A stretch of 62,526 nucleotides of DNA, filler included, from 7 parts of 7 records of this genome joined end to end with filler, not necessarily neighbours in it, one strand, 5' to 3'; shown: positions 1-9,843, counted from the first letter of the whole stretch. Made by a program: numbers and translations. Notes: a model not told the origin generated them from the sequence alone.

Positions 1-66
1 TCAAAGATACCTCCTTAACGCACCAAGGCGATCAATGAGACTCTTATAATGGTCCGTGGTTATCAT
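1..66 (-). CDS. prfB: Peptide chain release factor 2, first segment up to the programmed +1 frameshift (remainder outside window)
   Basis: Read by hand on the minus strand: MITTDHYKSLIDRLGALRRYL*, ending AGG AGG TAT CTT TGA (internal Shine-Dalgarno plus CTT-TGA slippery site typical of prfB). Not in the ORF track. Confidence 0.9.
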   Translation of the reverse strand: MITTDHYKSLIDRLGALRRYL

Positions 67-84
67 ATCCTAATAATTTTCAGC

Positions 85-92
85 CAAAAATA
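85..92 (-). promoter_or_regulatory. Bacteroidota -7 promoter element (TATTTTTG) upstream of prfB
   Basis: Matches TAnnTTTG, 18 nt upstream of the ATG. Confidence 0.5.
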
Positions 93-133
93 GGATTCTT
101 TTTTTTGATTTTGGACCAAATAGGAAATGTTAT

Positions 134-985
134 TTATTGTTGCGCCTGTACCTCAACGGAATGGGAGGTTTTGTTAGCTCCATGGGAGTAAACTACCCCT
201 TTTAATGGGGAGCAATCATTAAAGTCCTTACCGTGGGCTACTTTAATGTGGTTGTCATCTACCAATAAATTGTTGGTAGGGTCAAAGCCTACCCAGCCAA
301 CCTGAGGCACGTAGGTCTCGGCCCAAGCGTGCATCTGCGAGTCTCCAAAGTATCCATTTCCCTGATGCAAATATCCGGAAACATAGCGGGCGGGAATCTT
401 ATTGGCCCGGGCCAAGGCACAGAATAAATGTGCAAAATCCTGACATACACCTTCCGGATTTTCAAGTATTTCCTCCAAGAGTGTATTCACGTGGGTTACA
501 CCGGTGTTGAATTTTATAAACTGATAGACCCAGGTATTTAATTTTTGAAGATTATCAAATATACTTAGGGCAGGATCAAAAACAAATAGATTTTTTGAAG
601 CTAGCGGCAAGGTTGTAAATTTCGTCTGGCCTAAAAAAGGCTCAAAATCTACCTTGAAATCCAAACTTTGAACAAGCTCATAATTGCTTGCAATATTAAA
701 AACTGGCACTTGTCCAAAAGGATTGAAGCTTTTTTTCTTTAGTTTAAAAGTGGCCCTAAAATTTAATTTTTGGAATTTTTCCAGGGTATTGATCCGTACG
801 GTCCGAAAGCCATAACCATTTTCCGAAAACTCATTTTTGGCACCCAATGAATTCTTAACATCAACACGCAACAATTCTTGTGTGTCGTTATTTTCAGGTA
901 CAATTAGAAATTGCCAGGAGGCATTTTCTACCGGATTTTCGTACTCATTTTCGGCATTATAGGTAATTGAATATTCAAAAGACAT
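134..985 (-). CDS. Transglutaminase-like protein (N-terminal bacterial transglutaminase domain + catalytic core)
   Basis: GVCQDFAH (Cys), MHAWAE (His) and GFDPTN (Asp) triad; ARYVSGY; HGKDFNDCSP. Confidence 0.9.
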   Translation of the reverse strand: MSFEYSITYNAENEYENPVENASWQFLIVPENNDTQELLRVDVKNSLGAKNEFSENGYGFRTVRINTLEKFQKLNFRATFKLKKKSFNPFGQVPVFNIASNYELVQSLDFKVDFEPFLGQTKFTTLPLASKNLFVFDPALSIFDNLQKLNTWVYQFIKFNTGVTHVNTLLEEILENPEGVCQDFAHLFCALARANKIPARYVSGYLHQGNGYFGDSQMHAWAETYVPQVGWVGFDPTNNLLVDDNHIKVAHGKDFNDCSPLKGVVYSHGANKTSHSVEVQAQQ

Positions 986-1003
986 TTCAAGTGGTTCTTA
1001 ATG

Positions 1004-1011
1004 CAAATGTA
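1004..1011 (-). promoter_or_regulatory. Possible internal Bacteroidota -7 promoter (TACATTTG) for the transglutaminase gene
   Basis: TAnnTTTG match 18 nt upstream of the ATG at 985, with TTG 17 nt further upstream. Confidence 0.4.
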
Positions 1012-1027
1012 GGTCAATGGATTAAAA

Positions 1028-1975
1028 TCAATAGTTAAAAAACTCATTTTCCATTTTAAGGCTGATCTGCACCAGATTATCGAGAATTTTTTCAATAAAT
1101 GCTTGAATGTCCTCTTCAATTTCCTCGGCATATTTAAATTCATACTCCCCTTTAACTTTGCTTATTAAAAAGGCAGTGGAATTTTTGTTGGGAGTTTTGG
1201 ATTCATCCAATACCCTAATATGTTTATGGACCTGGTTGATACTGTTGATGACCGATCTTGGACAATCTGGGTTTAATATTAAAAATTCCAAGGTAGAGAT
1301 ACTCGTAGGGGTCTTTTTGTAATACCTACGCATCATATCATAAGATTCCACACATTTGAGCAAGGTGATCCATTCAAAGCTATGGCCTATTTTGTCGCCA
1401 TAACTGCCTTTGGCCCTTACGGCATCATTGTATTTGGCGTTGATGATCCGAATTACCTGTGTAGCCCTTTCCAAATTTATGCCAAGCATGATAATGGCGT
1501 ATACTTCATCGTGCAAAAGTGTGCCCCGGATCTTGCCTCTTAAAATGGCGGTCATTTCAGTGACATTTACGGTAAAATCGTATAAACCCTTTTTGGTAAA
1601 ATCCTCAACTGAATAATTGATTACAAAATGATAGAATTTATTGATGGCTTCGTATAGTTCGGTAGATATAAGGTCCCTGGCACTATTGGCATTCTCTCGC
1701 GCGCTTTTTACATTGTTGATCACAGAATAGTGTAGGTCTGGGTTTAGGCCAATATTGTAAAGAATATCCTCTTCCTTAAGTATTACGGAATCGTCCGCTA
1801 TAGGTTCCCCTACAAAGAACATCATGGAACGCAGAACAAATTGTCTGGATTGGGAAAGTTCATTAGGTGCATCCAGAGACGAGAAATAATTTACGTTCAG
1901 GTATCTGGCAACATGCTCGGCGCGTTCAATATAACGCCCCATCCAAAAAAGGTTATTGGCAACTCTTGCTAACAT
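1028..1975 (-). CDS. Alpha-E domain protein (DUF403)
   Basis: MLARVANNLFWMGRYIERAE start, second ER repeat (NLERATQ), ARENA and PRS motifs; typical position between CP-ATP-grasp and transglutaminase. Confidence 0.9.
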   Translation of the reverse strand: MLARVANNLFWMGRYIERAEHVARYLNVNYFSSLDAPNELSQSRQFVLRSMMFFVGEPIADDSVILKEEDILYNIGLNPDLHYSVINNVKSARENANSARDLISTELYEAINKFYHFVINYSVEDFTKKGLYDFTVNVTEMTAILRGKIRGTLLHDEVYAIIMLGINLERATQVIRIINAKYNDAVRAKGSYGDKIGHSFEWITLLKCVESYDMMRRYYKKTPTSISTLEFLILNPDCPRSVINSINQVHKHIRVLDESKTPNKNSTAFLISKVKGEYEFKYAEEIEEDIQAFIEKILDNLVQISLKMENEFFNY

Positions 1976-1984
1976 AGGATTGTT

Positions 1985-3448
1985 TTATTTTTTTAATACC
2001 CAGGTGTCTTTGGAACCCCCTCCTTGTGAGGAATTTACTATGAGGTTTCCTCTTTTTAACGCTACCCTTGAGAGTCCTCCCTTAAGGACAAATTCCTTTT
2101 CATGACCCAAAAGTGTAAAGGTTCTTAGGTCTACGTGTCGTTGTTCAAAGGATTCACTATCGTCTATATAGGTAGGATGCACAGACAAGGACATAATGGG
2201 TTGTGCAATATATTTTCTTGGGTTTTGTTTTATCTCTTCCTGGACTACCTTAATTTCATCCTTAGTGAGTCGGTTGCCAATGGAAATACCATAACCACCT
2301 GCCTCGTCCACGGGTTTTATAACTAGTTCATGTATATGTTCCAATACATATTTAAGCTCATCGGGCCTGCTACAGTGATAGGTATGGACATTGTTTAGTA
2401 TAGGGGTTTCGTCCAAATAGTATTTAATGATCTGTGGCATATAGGTATATATGGCCTTATCATCTGCTACACCGGTTCCAGGTGCATTTGCCAAACAAAC
2501 GTTCCCCTTTCTATAGGCCGCGAACAGGCCGGGTACCCCCAGTGCCGACTCGGGTTTGAACTCTAATGGATCCATGTATAGGTCATCAACACGGCGATAA
2601 ATTACATCAACTTTTATTGGGCCGCGGATAGTCTTCATATATACAAAGTCGTTCTCAACGAACAGATCCCGGCCTTCCACCAATTCTACACCCATGGCTT
2701 TGGCAAGATAGGAATGCTCATAAAAGGCAGAGTTGTACATCCCAGGAGTAAGGACCACGCAATTGGGGACATCTACTCCTTTCGGTTTTACACTTTCCAG
2801 AATCTCCAAGAGGTTTTCGGCGTAATTGGTTACCGAATGGGTTTTGTAGTGGTTAAAAACTCCAAAAAGGGCCCTCTTTAAGGCCGTTCGATTGCAAATA
2901 ACATAGCTTACACCGGAGGGACATCTAATGTTGTCTTCAAGTACATAATAATTGCCGTCTGAGTGTTTGATGATATCTGTGCCTGAAATATGATTGTAAA
3001 TGCCTCCCGGTGGATCTACTCCTATCATTTGATGTAAATAGTTGGCAGAGGAGCTTATGAGGTCTAACGGGACTATCCCATCCTTGATAATCTTCTTGTC
3101 GTGATAAATGTCCCATAGAAACAGGTTCAAGGCCTTACTGCGCTGAATGGCCCCCGTTTCAATGATTTCCCATTCATCTTCGTCTATAATTCTAGGAAAA
3201 AGATCAAAAGGAAATATCTTCTCCTGGGTCACTTTATTGTCATAGACCTGAAAAGTTATCCCTTGGTTGAAAAATGAGGCCTTTGCCTTATTGTTCAACT
3301 GTACATATTCCTGTATGGAATGATTCCCGTACAAATCCAATAATTTTTGATAAACATTTTTTGCAACTCCATTGGAATCAAAAACTTCATCAAAAAGTTG
3401 GGCATTCTTGTCATAAGATGAAAATATAGTTTTTACGTCCGATTTCAT
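1985..3448 (-). CDS. Circularly permuted type 2 ATP-grasp protein (DUF404/DUF407)
   Basis: GITF..Y, FPFDLFPR, VLEDNIRCPSGVSY, DVIYRRVDD, NAPGTGVADDK, IKPVDEAGGYG and NSSQGGGSKDTWV motifs. Confidence 0.92.
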   Translation of the reverse strand: MKSDVKTIFSSYDKNAQLFDEVFDSNGVAKNVYQKLLDLYGNHSIQEYVQLNNKAKASFFNQGITFQVYDNKVTQEKIFPFDLFPRIIDEDEWEIIETGAIQRSKALNLFLWDIYHDKKIIKDGIVPLDLISSSANYLHQMIGVDPPGGIYNHISGTDIIKHSDGNYYVLEDNIRCPSGVSYVICNRTALKRALFGVFNHYKTHSVTNYAENLLEILESVKPKGVDVPNCVVLTPGMYNSAFYEHSYLAKAMGVELVEGRDLFVENDFVYMKTIRGPIKVDVIYRRVDDLYMDPLEFKPESALGVPGLFAAYRKGNVCLANAPGTGVADDKAIYTYMPQIIKYYLDETPILNNVHTYHCSRPDELKYVLEHIHELVIKPVDEAGGYGISIGNRLTKDEIKVVQEEIKQNPRKYIAQPIMSLSVHPTYIDDSESFEQRHVDLRTFTLLGHEKEFVLKGGLSRVALKRGNLIVNSSQGGGSKDTWVLKK

Positions 3449-3613
3449 ACGCCTATTTTCTTTGAAGATAACGTATTTATGAATCTTTTGAAATAATAAA
3501 TTGAATATACCAAGAGAATTATCTATAGTTGAAAAATTTAGGGGAAATATTATTGAAAATTATTTATACTGAGGGAAAATATTCCTTCTTGAGAATGTTA
3601 TTATCCTTTTGTA

Positions 3614-3621
3614 TAAATTTG
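3614..3621 (+). promoter_or_regulatory. Bacteroidota -7 promoter element (TAAATTTG) upstream of ltaE
   Basis: TAnnTTTG match 50 nt upstream of the start. Confidence 0.45.
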
Positions 3622-3671
3622 GCAACTCGGTTAAAAAAACCGTTTAATATTTAATATAATTCTTGTTCTAG

Positions 3672-4694
3672 ATGCAGATAAACCTTATTAGCGATACCGT
3701 CACAAAACCTACTTCTGGAATGTTGGATGCGATGATGCAGGCTAAAGTTGGCGATGATGTTTTTAAAAATGATCCTACTGTAAACAAGTTGGAGGAAATG
3801 ATGGCAGAGTTGTTCGGAATGGAAGCGGCCTTATTTTTTCCAAGTGGTACCATGGCAAACCAAACCGCCATTAAATTACATACACAACCAGGGGAACAAT
3901 TAATTTGTGATAAATACGCACATGTTTATAATTATGAAGGGGGAGGGGTGAGTTTCAATAGTGGCGTTTCCTGTAGGTTGGTGGACGGTCATAGGGGAAT
4001 GATGACCGCAGCTCAAGTAAAGGAAGTAATAAACCCACCAGATTTTTATCATAGCCCATTAACTTCTTTGGTTTGTATAGAAAATACAACCAATAAGGGA
4101 GGCGGGGCCTGTTGGGATCTTGAAGAATTGAAGTCCATAAGAAAGGTTTGTGACGGGCATCATCTGAAATATCATTTGGATGGGGCGCGACTATGGAATG
4201 CCCTGATCGCAAAAAATGAATCACCCTTGGATTACGGGGCGTTGTTCCATACCATAAGCGTGTGTTTAAGCAAAGGGCTGGGATGTCCCGTAGGTTCCGT
4301 TTTGTTGGGCAACAAAGAGCATATTGCGAAAGCACTAAGGGTAAGAAAGGTGCTCGGAGGTGGGATGCGACAGGTAGGTTACCTTGCGGCCGCCGGAATT
4401 TACGCCTTGGAAAACAATAGGGAGAGATTGGAGGAAGACCATAGGAAGGCCAAGGAAATAGGTGTTTTGCTAAACGGATTACCCTTCATTAAAAAGGTAG
4501 AACCCACGGAAACCAATATTGTGATTTTCGAAATTGATGAAAGGCATATGTCCCCTGATGATTTTTTGGACAAACTGAACAAAAGGGATGTTCACATCAT
4601 CGGGATGGGCCAAAATAAATTGCGTATCGTTACCCATTTGGATTATACTGATGAAATGCACGAGGAATTTATGGGTATTCTTGCAAAATTATAG
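3672..4694 (+). CDS. ltaE: Low-specificity L-threonine aldolase
   Basis: SDTVTKP, GDDV, SGTMANQ, ENTTN, HLDGARLWNA and CLSKGLG (PLP lysine) motifs. Confidence 0.92.
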   Translation: MQINLISDTVTKPTSGMLDAMMQAKVGDDVFKNDPTVNKLEEMMAELFGMEAALFFPSGTMANQTAIKLHTQPGEQLICDKYAHVYNYEGGGVSFNSGVSCRLVDGHRGMMTAAQVKEVINPPDFYHSPLTSLVCIENTTNKGGGACWDLEELKSIRKVCDGHHLKYHLDGARLWNALIAKNESPLDYGALFHTISVCLSKGLGCPVGSVLLGNKEHIAKALRVRKVLGGGMRQVGYLAAAGIYALENNRERLEEDHRKAKEIGVLLNGLPFIKKVEPTETNIVIFEIDERHMSPDDFLDKLNKRDVHIIGMGQNKLRIVTHLDYTDEMHEEFMGILAKL

Positions 4695-5012
4695 GCCAAT
4701 GGTATCTGGCAATAAGGAAATGCTTGTTTTAAGATTTTTTATGCCATTTTCCATTCCGGCTTCGGAACTATAAAGCATGGATTTGCCCAAAATGTTACCT
4801 TCACTATTCTTAAGAGTAAAAAGAAATTTGCCATTATAGTCGGTCTTGCGTTCAAAAACCGAAGATTGCCCAATTAAGACCTTAAGATTGGCAATGGTCT
4901 TGTCAATCTCTTCCCTGGAATTAAAGGGGATACTGTTCAGAAGTGTTTGTCCACTTTCCGACTGCAGACTAAAGGTGTATGATGTGTCCGATTCCTTTTT
5001 TATTTTTAGCAT
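4689..5012 (-). CDS. YegP family protein (DUF1508, two repeats)
   Basis: Duplicated ~50-aa unit; GKFLFTLKNSEGNILGKSMLYSSEAGMENGI pattern. Confidence 0.8.
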   Translation of the reverse strand: MLKIKKESDTSYTFSLQSESGQTLLNSIPFNSREEIDKTIANLKVLIGQSSVFERKTDYNGKFLFTLKNSEGNILGKSMLYSSEAGMENGIKNLKTSISLLPDTIGL

Positions 5013-5252
5013 AGCCTACGGCAACTTTTTTTAAAGTTACATAAAAAAATGTGAATCCTTAATTTAATCAATCTTATCTCTGCAATTTTCCTTTTCCTTA
5101 GAATTGGACCTGTATTTGGGTTGGAAACCTCTAGGGGAGGCCATTTTTTTTTGGGTAGTTGGCACCTAGCTGGTCAAGGAGTGGTATATAACGAAAGCTT
5201 ATATTTTGGTTACCTATAATAGGATGATTGACAAGGGATGGGACAGTCATTT

Positions 5253-5294
5253 AAAAAGGCGCCCAAATTGCCTTTAAATTTAGCTTTGGACGCC
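5253..5294 (-). terminator. Possible intrinsic terminator downstream of trpB
   Basis: Minus strand GGCGTCCAAA ... TTTGGGCGCC followed by TTTTT; the loop is long (17 nt). Confidence 0.4.
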
Positions 5295-5315
5295 CCTCCG
5301 TGTATATTTTAAAAA

Positions 5316-6530
5316 TTATTTTGCATCTTCAGGTAGCCCGTATGTATCTACCACATAATCCAGGTCCTTATCACCCCTACCACTTAAATTGACTAAAATG
5401 GAGGATCGTGGATTTTGTTGTGCCAATTTTATGGCATATGCCACAGCATGGGCACTTTCCAGTGCAGGGATAATACCTTCCAAGCGACTCAATTCATAAA
5501 AGGCATCCACGGTTTCCTGGTCGGAAACAACGTCATAGGTTACTTTTTTAAGGTCTTTTAGCATACTGTGTTCAGGGCCAACTCCTGGATAATCCAGACC
5601 ACTGGCAACGGAATGCACTGCTCCCGGTTCCCCTTTATCGTCCTTCAGCATATAACATTTAAATCCGTGGATGATTCCTGGGCTGCCCAGGGTCATTGTA
5701 GCGGCATGTTCGCCATAATCCATAGAGCGGCCACCCGGTTCTACTCCGTATAAGGTACATTCCGGTTCATCCAAAAAGGAGGAGAATATCCCCATGGCAT
5801 TACTTCCCCCGCCAACACAGGCTACTACTTTATCAGGTAATTCTCCCGTCATTTCTAAAAACTGTTCTTTGGCCTCTATACCTACTACCCGCTGAAAATC
5901 CCGTACCATCATGGGAAAGGGATGTGGTCCAACCACAGAACCTATACAGTATATGGTGGTTATAGGGTCCTTTAAATACGCTTCAAAGGCAGAGTCCACA
6001 GCTTCTTTTAAGGTTTTTAAACCATGGGAAACTGGTACCACCTTTGCACCAAGGATTTTCATCCGAACTACATTGGGATGTTCTTTGGCAATATCGACTT
6101 CTCCCATATGTATCTCGCATTCCAATCCAAAATAGGCGGCTGCAGTTGCCAAGGCAACTCCGTGTTGTCCAGCCCCTGTCTCTGCAATTAGCTTCTTTTT
6201 GCCCAAATGTTTTGCCAAAAGCGCCTCACCCATACAGTGGTTGAGTTTATGTGCCCCGGTATGGTTCAGGTCCTCACGTTTAAGATATATTCTTCCTCCG
6301 TATTTTTCGGAGAGCCTGTTGCAGTAATATACTGGCGTTGGCCTGCCTTGATAGTGTTTGCGAATACTTCGGAGCTCAGAAATAAAATTGTGCGATTTGC
6401 TTATGGAATAATAAGCGTCCGTAATTTTTTTCATTTCCTCTTCCAAAACCGGCGGGATAAAGGATCCACCGTATTCTTTAAAAAAACCATTTTCGTCCGG
6501 ATAGGTCTTAAAATAATTGTCCGTCATCAT
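5316..6530 (-). CDS. trpB: Tryptophan synthase beta chain (stand-alone, no adjacent trpA)
   Basis: [12 protein letters not shown] (PLP lysine), [37 protein letters not shown] and NLSGRGDKD. Confidence 0.92.
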   Translation of the reverse strand: MMTDNYFKTYPDENGFFKEYGGSFIPPVLEEEMKKITDAYYSISKSHNFISELRSIRKHYQGRPTPVYYCNRLSEKYGGRIYLKREDLNHTGAHKLNHCMGEALLAKHLGKKKLIAETGAGQHGVALATAAAYFGLECEIHMGEVDIAKEHPNVVRMKILGAKVVPVSHGLKTLKEAVDSAFEAYLKDPITTIYCIGSVVGPHPFPMMVRDFQRVVGIEAKEQFLEMTGELPDKVVACVGGGSNAMGIFSSFLDEPECTLYGVEPGGRSMDYGEHAATMTLGSPGIIHGFKCYMLKDDKGEPGAVHSVASGLDYPGVGPEHSMLKDLKKVTYDVVSDQETVDAFYELSRLEGIIPALESAHAVAYAIKLAQQNPRSSILVNLSGRGDKDLDYVVDTYGLPEDAK

Positions 6531-6745
6531 AAGGAGAATATTGTAATTGTTAATAAAGGTTTGTGGCTAATAAAAATGCCCTTACAATTATAATGAATTT
6601 TAAGTGAATACCCCTTTTTAGTTACAGGGAATATGGGTTCTTATGGGCAGGAATATGGTATTTGGCAATTGCCAAAAAAAGTATCTATGCCAGAATAAAA
6701 TTCTGGCTTTAGATATTGAAAAAGACGGGCTCCTAGGGGTTAAAA

Positions 6746-7204
6746 TTACATTTTACTGTTCCTCTTAAGAAAATCCAAATACTTTTCTACATCTACTTTG
6801 GAACCGTAACCGGAGAGTGAGGCCACTTCTTTTTCTTCGGAGTTGACCAAGCTTATCAATGGAAAAACGCCTTTTTTATTCCATTGGGACAATAGGGCCT
6901 TGTTCTGTTGCATTTCCTTGGCACTAAGAAGTTCTTTCTTTCTAGGAAGATCCACGTATAATAACACATAGTCCTTGGCCACTTCCTTAAATTGACTGGT
7001 GTCGAAAAGGTCTTTTTTTAAAGCCTTACATGGCGAGCACCAATCACTACCAGTAAAGTACATAAGAATGTTGGAGTTGGTTTTTTTTGCCACTACTTGT
7101 GCATTGGCGTAATCGGTCAGCCAATCATTTTCCTTGATGTCGTCACTATTATTTTGTGCATTAACAATAAATGGAAATAGAAGTAGTAAGAAAAAATTCC
7201 TCAT
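6746..7204 (-). CDS. Exported thioredoxin-fold protein
   Basis: Signal peptide and FTGSDWCSPC (CxxC). Confidence 0.85.
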   Translation of the reverse strand: MRNFFLLLLFPFIVNAQNNSDDIKENDWLTDYANAQVVAKKTNSNILMYFTGSDWCSPCKALKKDLFDTSQFKEVAKDYVLLYVDLPRKKELLSAKEMQQNKALLSQWNKKGVFPLISLVNSEEKEVASLSGYGSKVDVEKYLDFLKRNSKM

Positions 7205-7249
7205 TATTACAAGTTTTGATTAAAAAGGCTCTGCTAAACTTACTAAAAT

Positions 7250-7576
7250 TTATTTTAAAAACGAATCCATTCCAGGAATGTTGGGCATTCCTTCCTTGGC
7301 GACTGCGGCCAATTCGGTCTCATTTATGGTGGTGGCCTTTTCTATAGCCTTGTTAAGGGTGAGGATCAAATAATCTTCCAGTTGTTCCTTGTCCTGTAAA
7401 AGACTATCGTCTATAGCAATGGATTTAATTGTTCTATTGGCCGTTATACTTACCTTCAGCAATTGATCAGGAGATTGCTCGTCAAGTATTACAGTATTCA
7501 TTCTTTCTTTGGTGGCCTTTACTTTTTCTTGGGTTTCCTTTAATTTTCCCAACATGCCCATCATATCTCCAAACAT
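7250..7576 (-). CDS. YbaB/EbfC family nucleoid-associated protein
   Basis: MFGDMMGM start, [23 protein letters not shown] end; 108 aa. Confidence 0.88.
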   Translation of the reverse strand: MFGDMMGMLGKLKETQEKVKATKERMNTVILDEQSPDQLLKVSITANRTIKSIAIDDSLLQDKEQLEDYLILTLNKAIEKATTINETELAAVAKEGMPNIPGMDSFLK

Positions 7577-7603
7577 AATTATAGATTTAAAAAATTCTTA
7601 AGC

Positions 7604-7611
7604 CAAAATTA
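7604..7611 (-). promoter_or_regulatory. Bacteroidota -7 promoter element (TAATTTTG) for ybaB
   Basis: TAnnTTTG match 27 nt upstream of the start. Confidence 0.45.
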
Positions 7612-7733
7612 CTAAAATGATCGGGATATATTGGAATTTAAGACTACAGTTATTCTTTGGGATACTTTGAGGGGGTGGATAATATTATAATGGATAAACA
7701 ACATATTTAAACAGGTCGATTGCATTTAAATAT

Positions 7734-7741
7734 TATTTTTG
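7734..7741 (+). promoter_or_regulatory. Bacteroidota -7 promoter element (TATTTTTG) for ptrB
   Basis: TAnnTTTG match. It overlaps the TTG start used by the ORF track, which favours ATG 7769 as the real start. Confidence 0.45.
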
Positions 7742-7768
7742 CGCTTTCTTATTAAACATACCACACTC

Positions 7769-9829
7769 ATGCAGCGGGAATTAAAAACACCAAGTGCTAA
7801 AAAGATTGAGAAGCAATTAATAAAGCACAATGATGTAAGGATCGATGATTACTATTGGCTGAACGAAAGGGAAAATCCGGAAGTCATTGCTTTTTTGGAA
7901 CAGGAAAATGCATACTACGAGGCAATGACGGCCCATACCAAGGAGCTTAAGGATAGCTTGTTCACAGAGATGAAGTCCAGGATAAAGGAAGATGATTCTT
8001 CCGTGCCCTATAAGTTTAATGGCTACTGGTATGCTACCAGATATGAGGTAGGAAAGGAGTACCCCATTTTTACAAGACGTTTTGAAAAAGAGGATGCCGA
8101 AGAGGAAATAATGTTCAACTGCAACCATATGGCAGAGGGTTTGGATTATTTTAACCTAGGAGGCCTGTCCATTAGCCCCAATAATGAATTGGCGGCCTTT
8201 GGGGTGGATACTGTTTCCCGCAGGCAATACACCCTACAAATAAAAAATTTACACACTCAGGAGATTTATAGGGATAAAATAGAGAACACTACCGGCAGCG
8301 CGGTATGGGCCAATGACAATAAGACCCTGTTCTATACCAAGAAAGATCCTGTTACCCTAAGGTCCAATAATATTTACAGGCATATATTGGGAACATCTCC
8401 CGAGGAAGATGAACTGGTTTTTCACGAGGATGACGAAACCTTTACCACCTTTGTTTACAAAACCAAATCCAAAGAATTTATAGTTATTGGGTCTTCCAGT
8501 ACATTGACTACTGAATTTCAAATTCTAAGGGCGGATGACCCTAATGGAAAGTTTCATGTGTTTTCCAAAAGAGTTAGGGGCATGGAGTATTCCCTAACCC
8601 ATTACGAAGACAATTTTTACATCCTAACCAATATGGAAGGGGCAACCAATTTTAAATTGATGACGACCCCCGAAGATAAAACCGAATCTGAAAATTGGGT
8701 AGACTTTATTCCGCACAGGGAAGAAGTTTTGCTTGAGGATATTGAAATGTTCAATGAGTACTATGTTTTGTCCGAACGCGAGAATGGTTTGAACAAGTTG
8801 AAGATTGTGCGATGGGATACCGGGGAAAGCTATTATTTGCCCTTTGACAATGAGACCTATACGGCCTATGTGGGTACCAATCCGGATTTTGATACCGAAA
8901 TTCTAAGATATGGATATAATTCCATGACAACACCCAGTTCCATCATAGATTTCAATATGAGGACAAGGGAAAAGGAAATAAAAAAGGAACAAGAGGTCTT
9001 GGGAGGGAAGTTCCATAAGGAAAACTATATTTCCGAACGAATTTGGGCACCAGCCAGGGATGGTAAAAAAGTTCCTATTTCCTTGGTCTATCACAAAAAC
9101 ACTAAACTGGACGGCAGCAGTCCGTTATTGCAATATGCCTATGGGTCTTATGGGCATACTATAGACCCCTATTTTTCCACAGTAAGGTTAAGCCTTTTGG
9201 ACAGAGGTTTTGTTTATGCCATAGCCCATGTTAGGGGCGGGGAATACCTTGGCCGTAAATGGTATGAGGAAGGAAGATTGCTGAATAAGATAAATACGTT
9301 TACCGATTTTATTGATTGTTCCAAATTTCTGATTGAAAAAAAGTTTACTAGTCCGGAACATCTCTATGCATCCGGAGGCTCGGCAGGCGGACTTTTAATG
9401 GGGGCCATAGTAAATCTATGCCCGGAAATTTATAACGGGGTAATTGCAGCTGTTCCTTTTGTAGATGTGCTTACGACCATGTTGGATGATACCATTCCAC
9501 TGACTACCGGAGAATATGATGAATGGGGCAATCCAAACGAAAAGGAATACTATGACTACATGAAATCGTATTCGCCATATGACAATGTAACGCGACAATT
9601 GCAGCCAAATATGCTGGTTATTACTGGCTTTCACGATTCCCAAGTGCAATATTTTGAACCTGCCAAATGGGTTGCTAAACTTAGGGAGTACAAAATGGAC
9701 AATAATTTATTGTTGTTCAATATTAATATGGATGCAGGTCATGGCGGTGCTTCAGGCCGATTTGAATCCTTAAAGGAGGTGGCTAAAGAATATGCATTTT
9801 TGTTAGATTTAGAGCATAAAATTCGATAA
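7769..9829 (+). CDS. ptrB: Oligopeptidase B (S9A, protease II)
   Basis: DDYYWL, YGSYG, GGSAGG (Ser), HDSQV (Asp) and AGHGG (His). Confidence 0.92.
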   Translation: MQRELKTPSAKKIEKQLIKHNDVRIDDYYWLNERENPEVIAFLEQENAYYEAMTAHTKELKDSLFTEMKSRIKEDDSSVPYKFNGYWYATRYEVGKEYPIFTRRFEKEDAEEEIMFNCNHMAEGLDYFNLGGLSISPNNELAAFGVDTVSRRQYTLQIKNLHTQEIYRDKIENTTGSAVWANDNKTLFYTKKDPVTLRSNNIYRHILGTSPEEDELVFHEDDETFTTFVYKTKSKEFIVIGSSSTLTTEFQILRADDPNGKFHVFSKRVRGMEYSLTHYEDNFYILTNMEGATNFKLMTTPEDKTESENWVDFIPHREEVLLEDIEMFNEYYVLSERENGLNKLKIVRWDTGESYYLPFDNETYTAYVGTNPDFDTEILRYGYNSMTTPSSIIDFNMRTREKEIKKEQEVLGGKFHKENYISERIWAPARDGKKVPISLVYHKNTKLDGSSPLLQYAYGSYGHTIDPYFSTVRLSLLDRGFVYAIAHVRGGEYLGRKWYEEGRLLNKINTFTDFIDCSKFLIEKKFTSPEHLYASGGSAGGLLMGAIVNLCPEIYNGVIAAVPFVDVLTTMLDDTIPLTTGEYDEWGNPNEKEYYDYMKSYSPYDNVTRQLQPNMLVITGFHDSQVQYFEPAKWVAKLREYKMDNNLLLFNINMDAGHGGASGRFESLKEVAKEYAFLLDLEHKIR

Positions 9830-9843
9830 TCAAAAAAAAAGAG

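Noticed and set aside
1..3. In-frame TGA as selenocysteine or a pseudogene stop
   Set aside because: The context AGGAGG-TAT-CTT-TGA is the prfB frameshift site.
7739..7768. Extended N-termini in the ORF track (ptrB, and also 23389, 36258, 61090, 33503, 16655)
   Set aside because: Promoter overlap, Shine-Dalgarno position or overlap with neighbouring genes favours the downstream starts used here.
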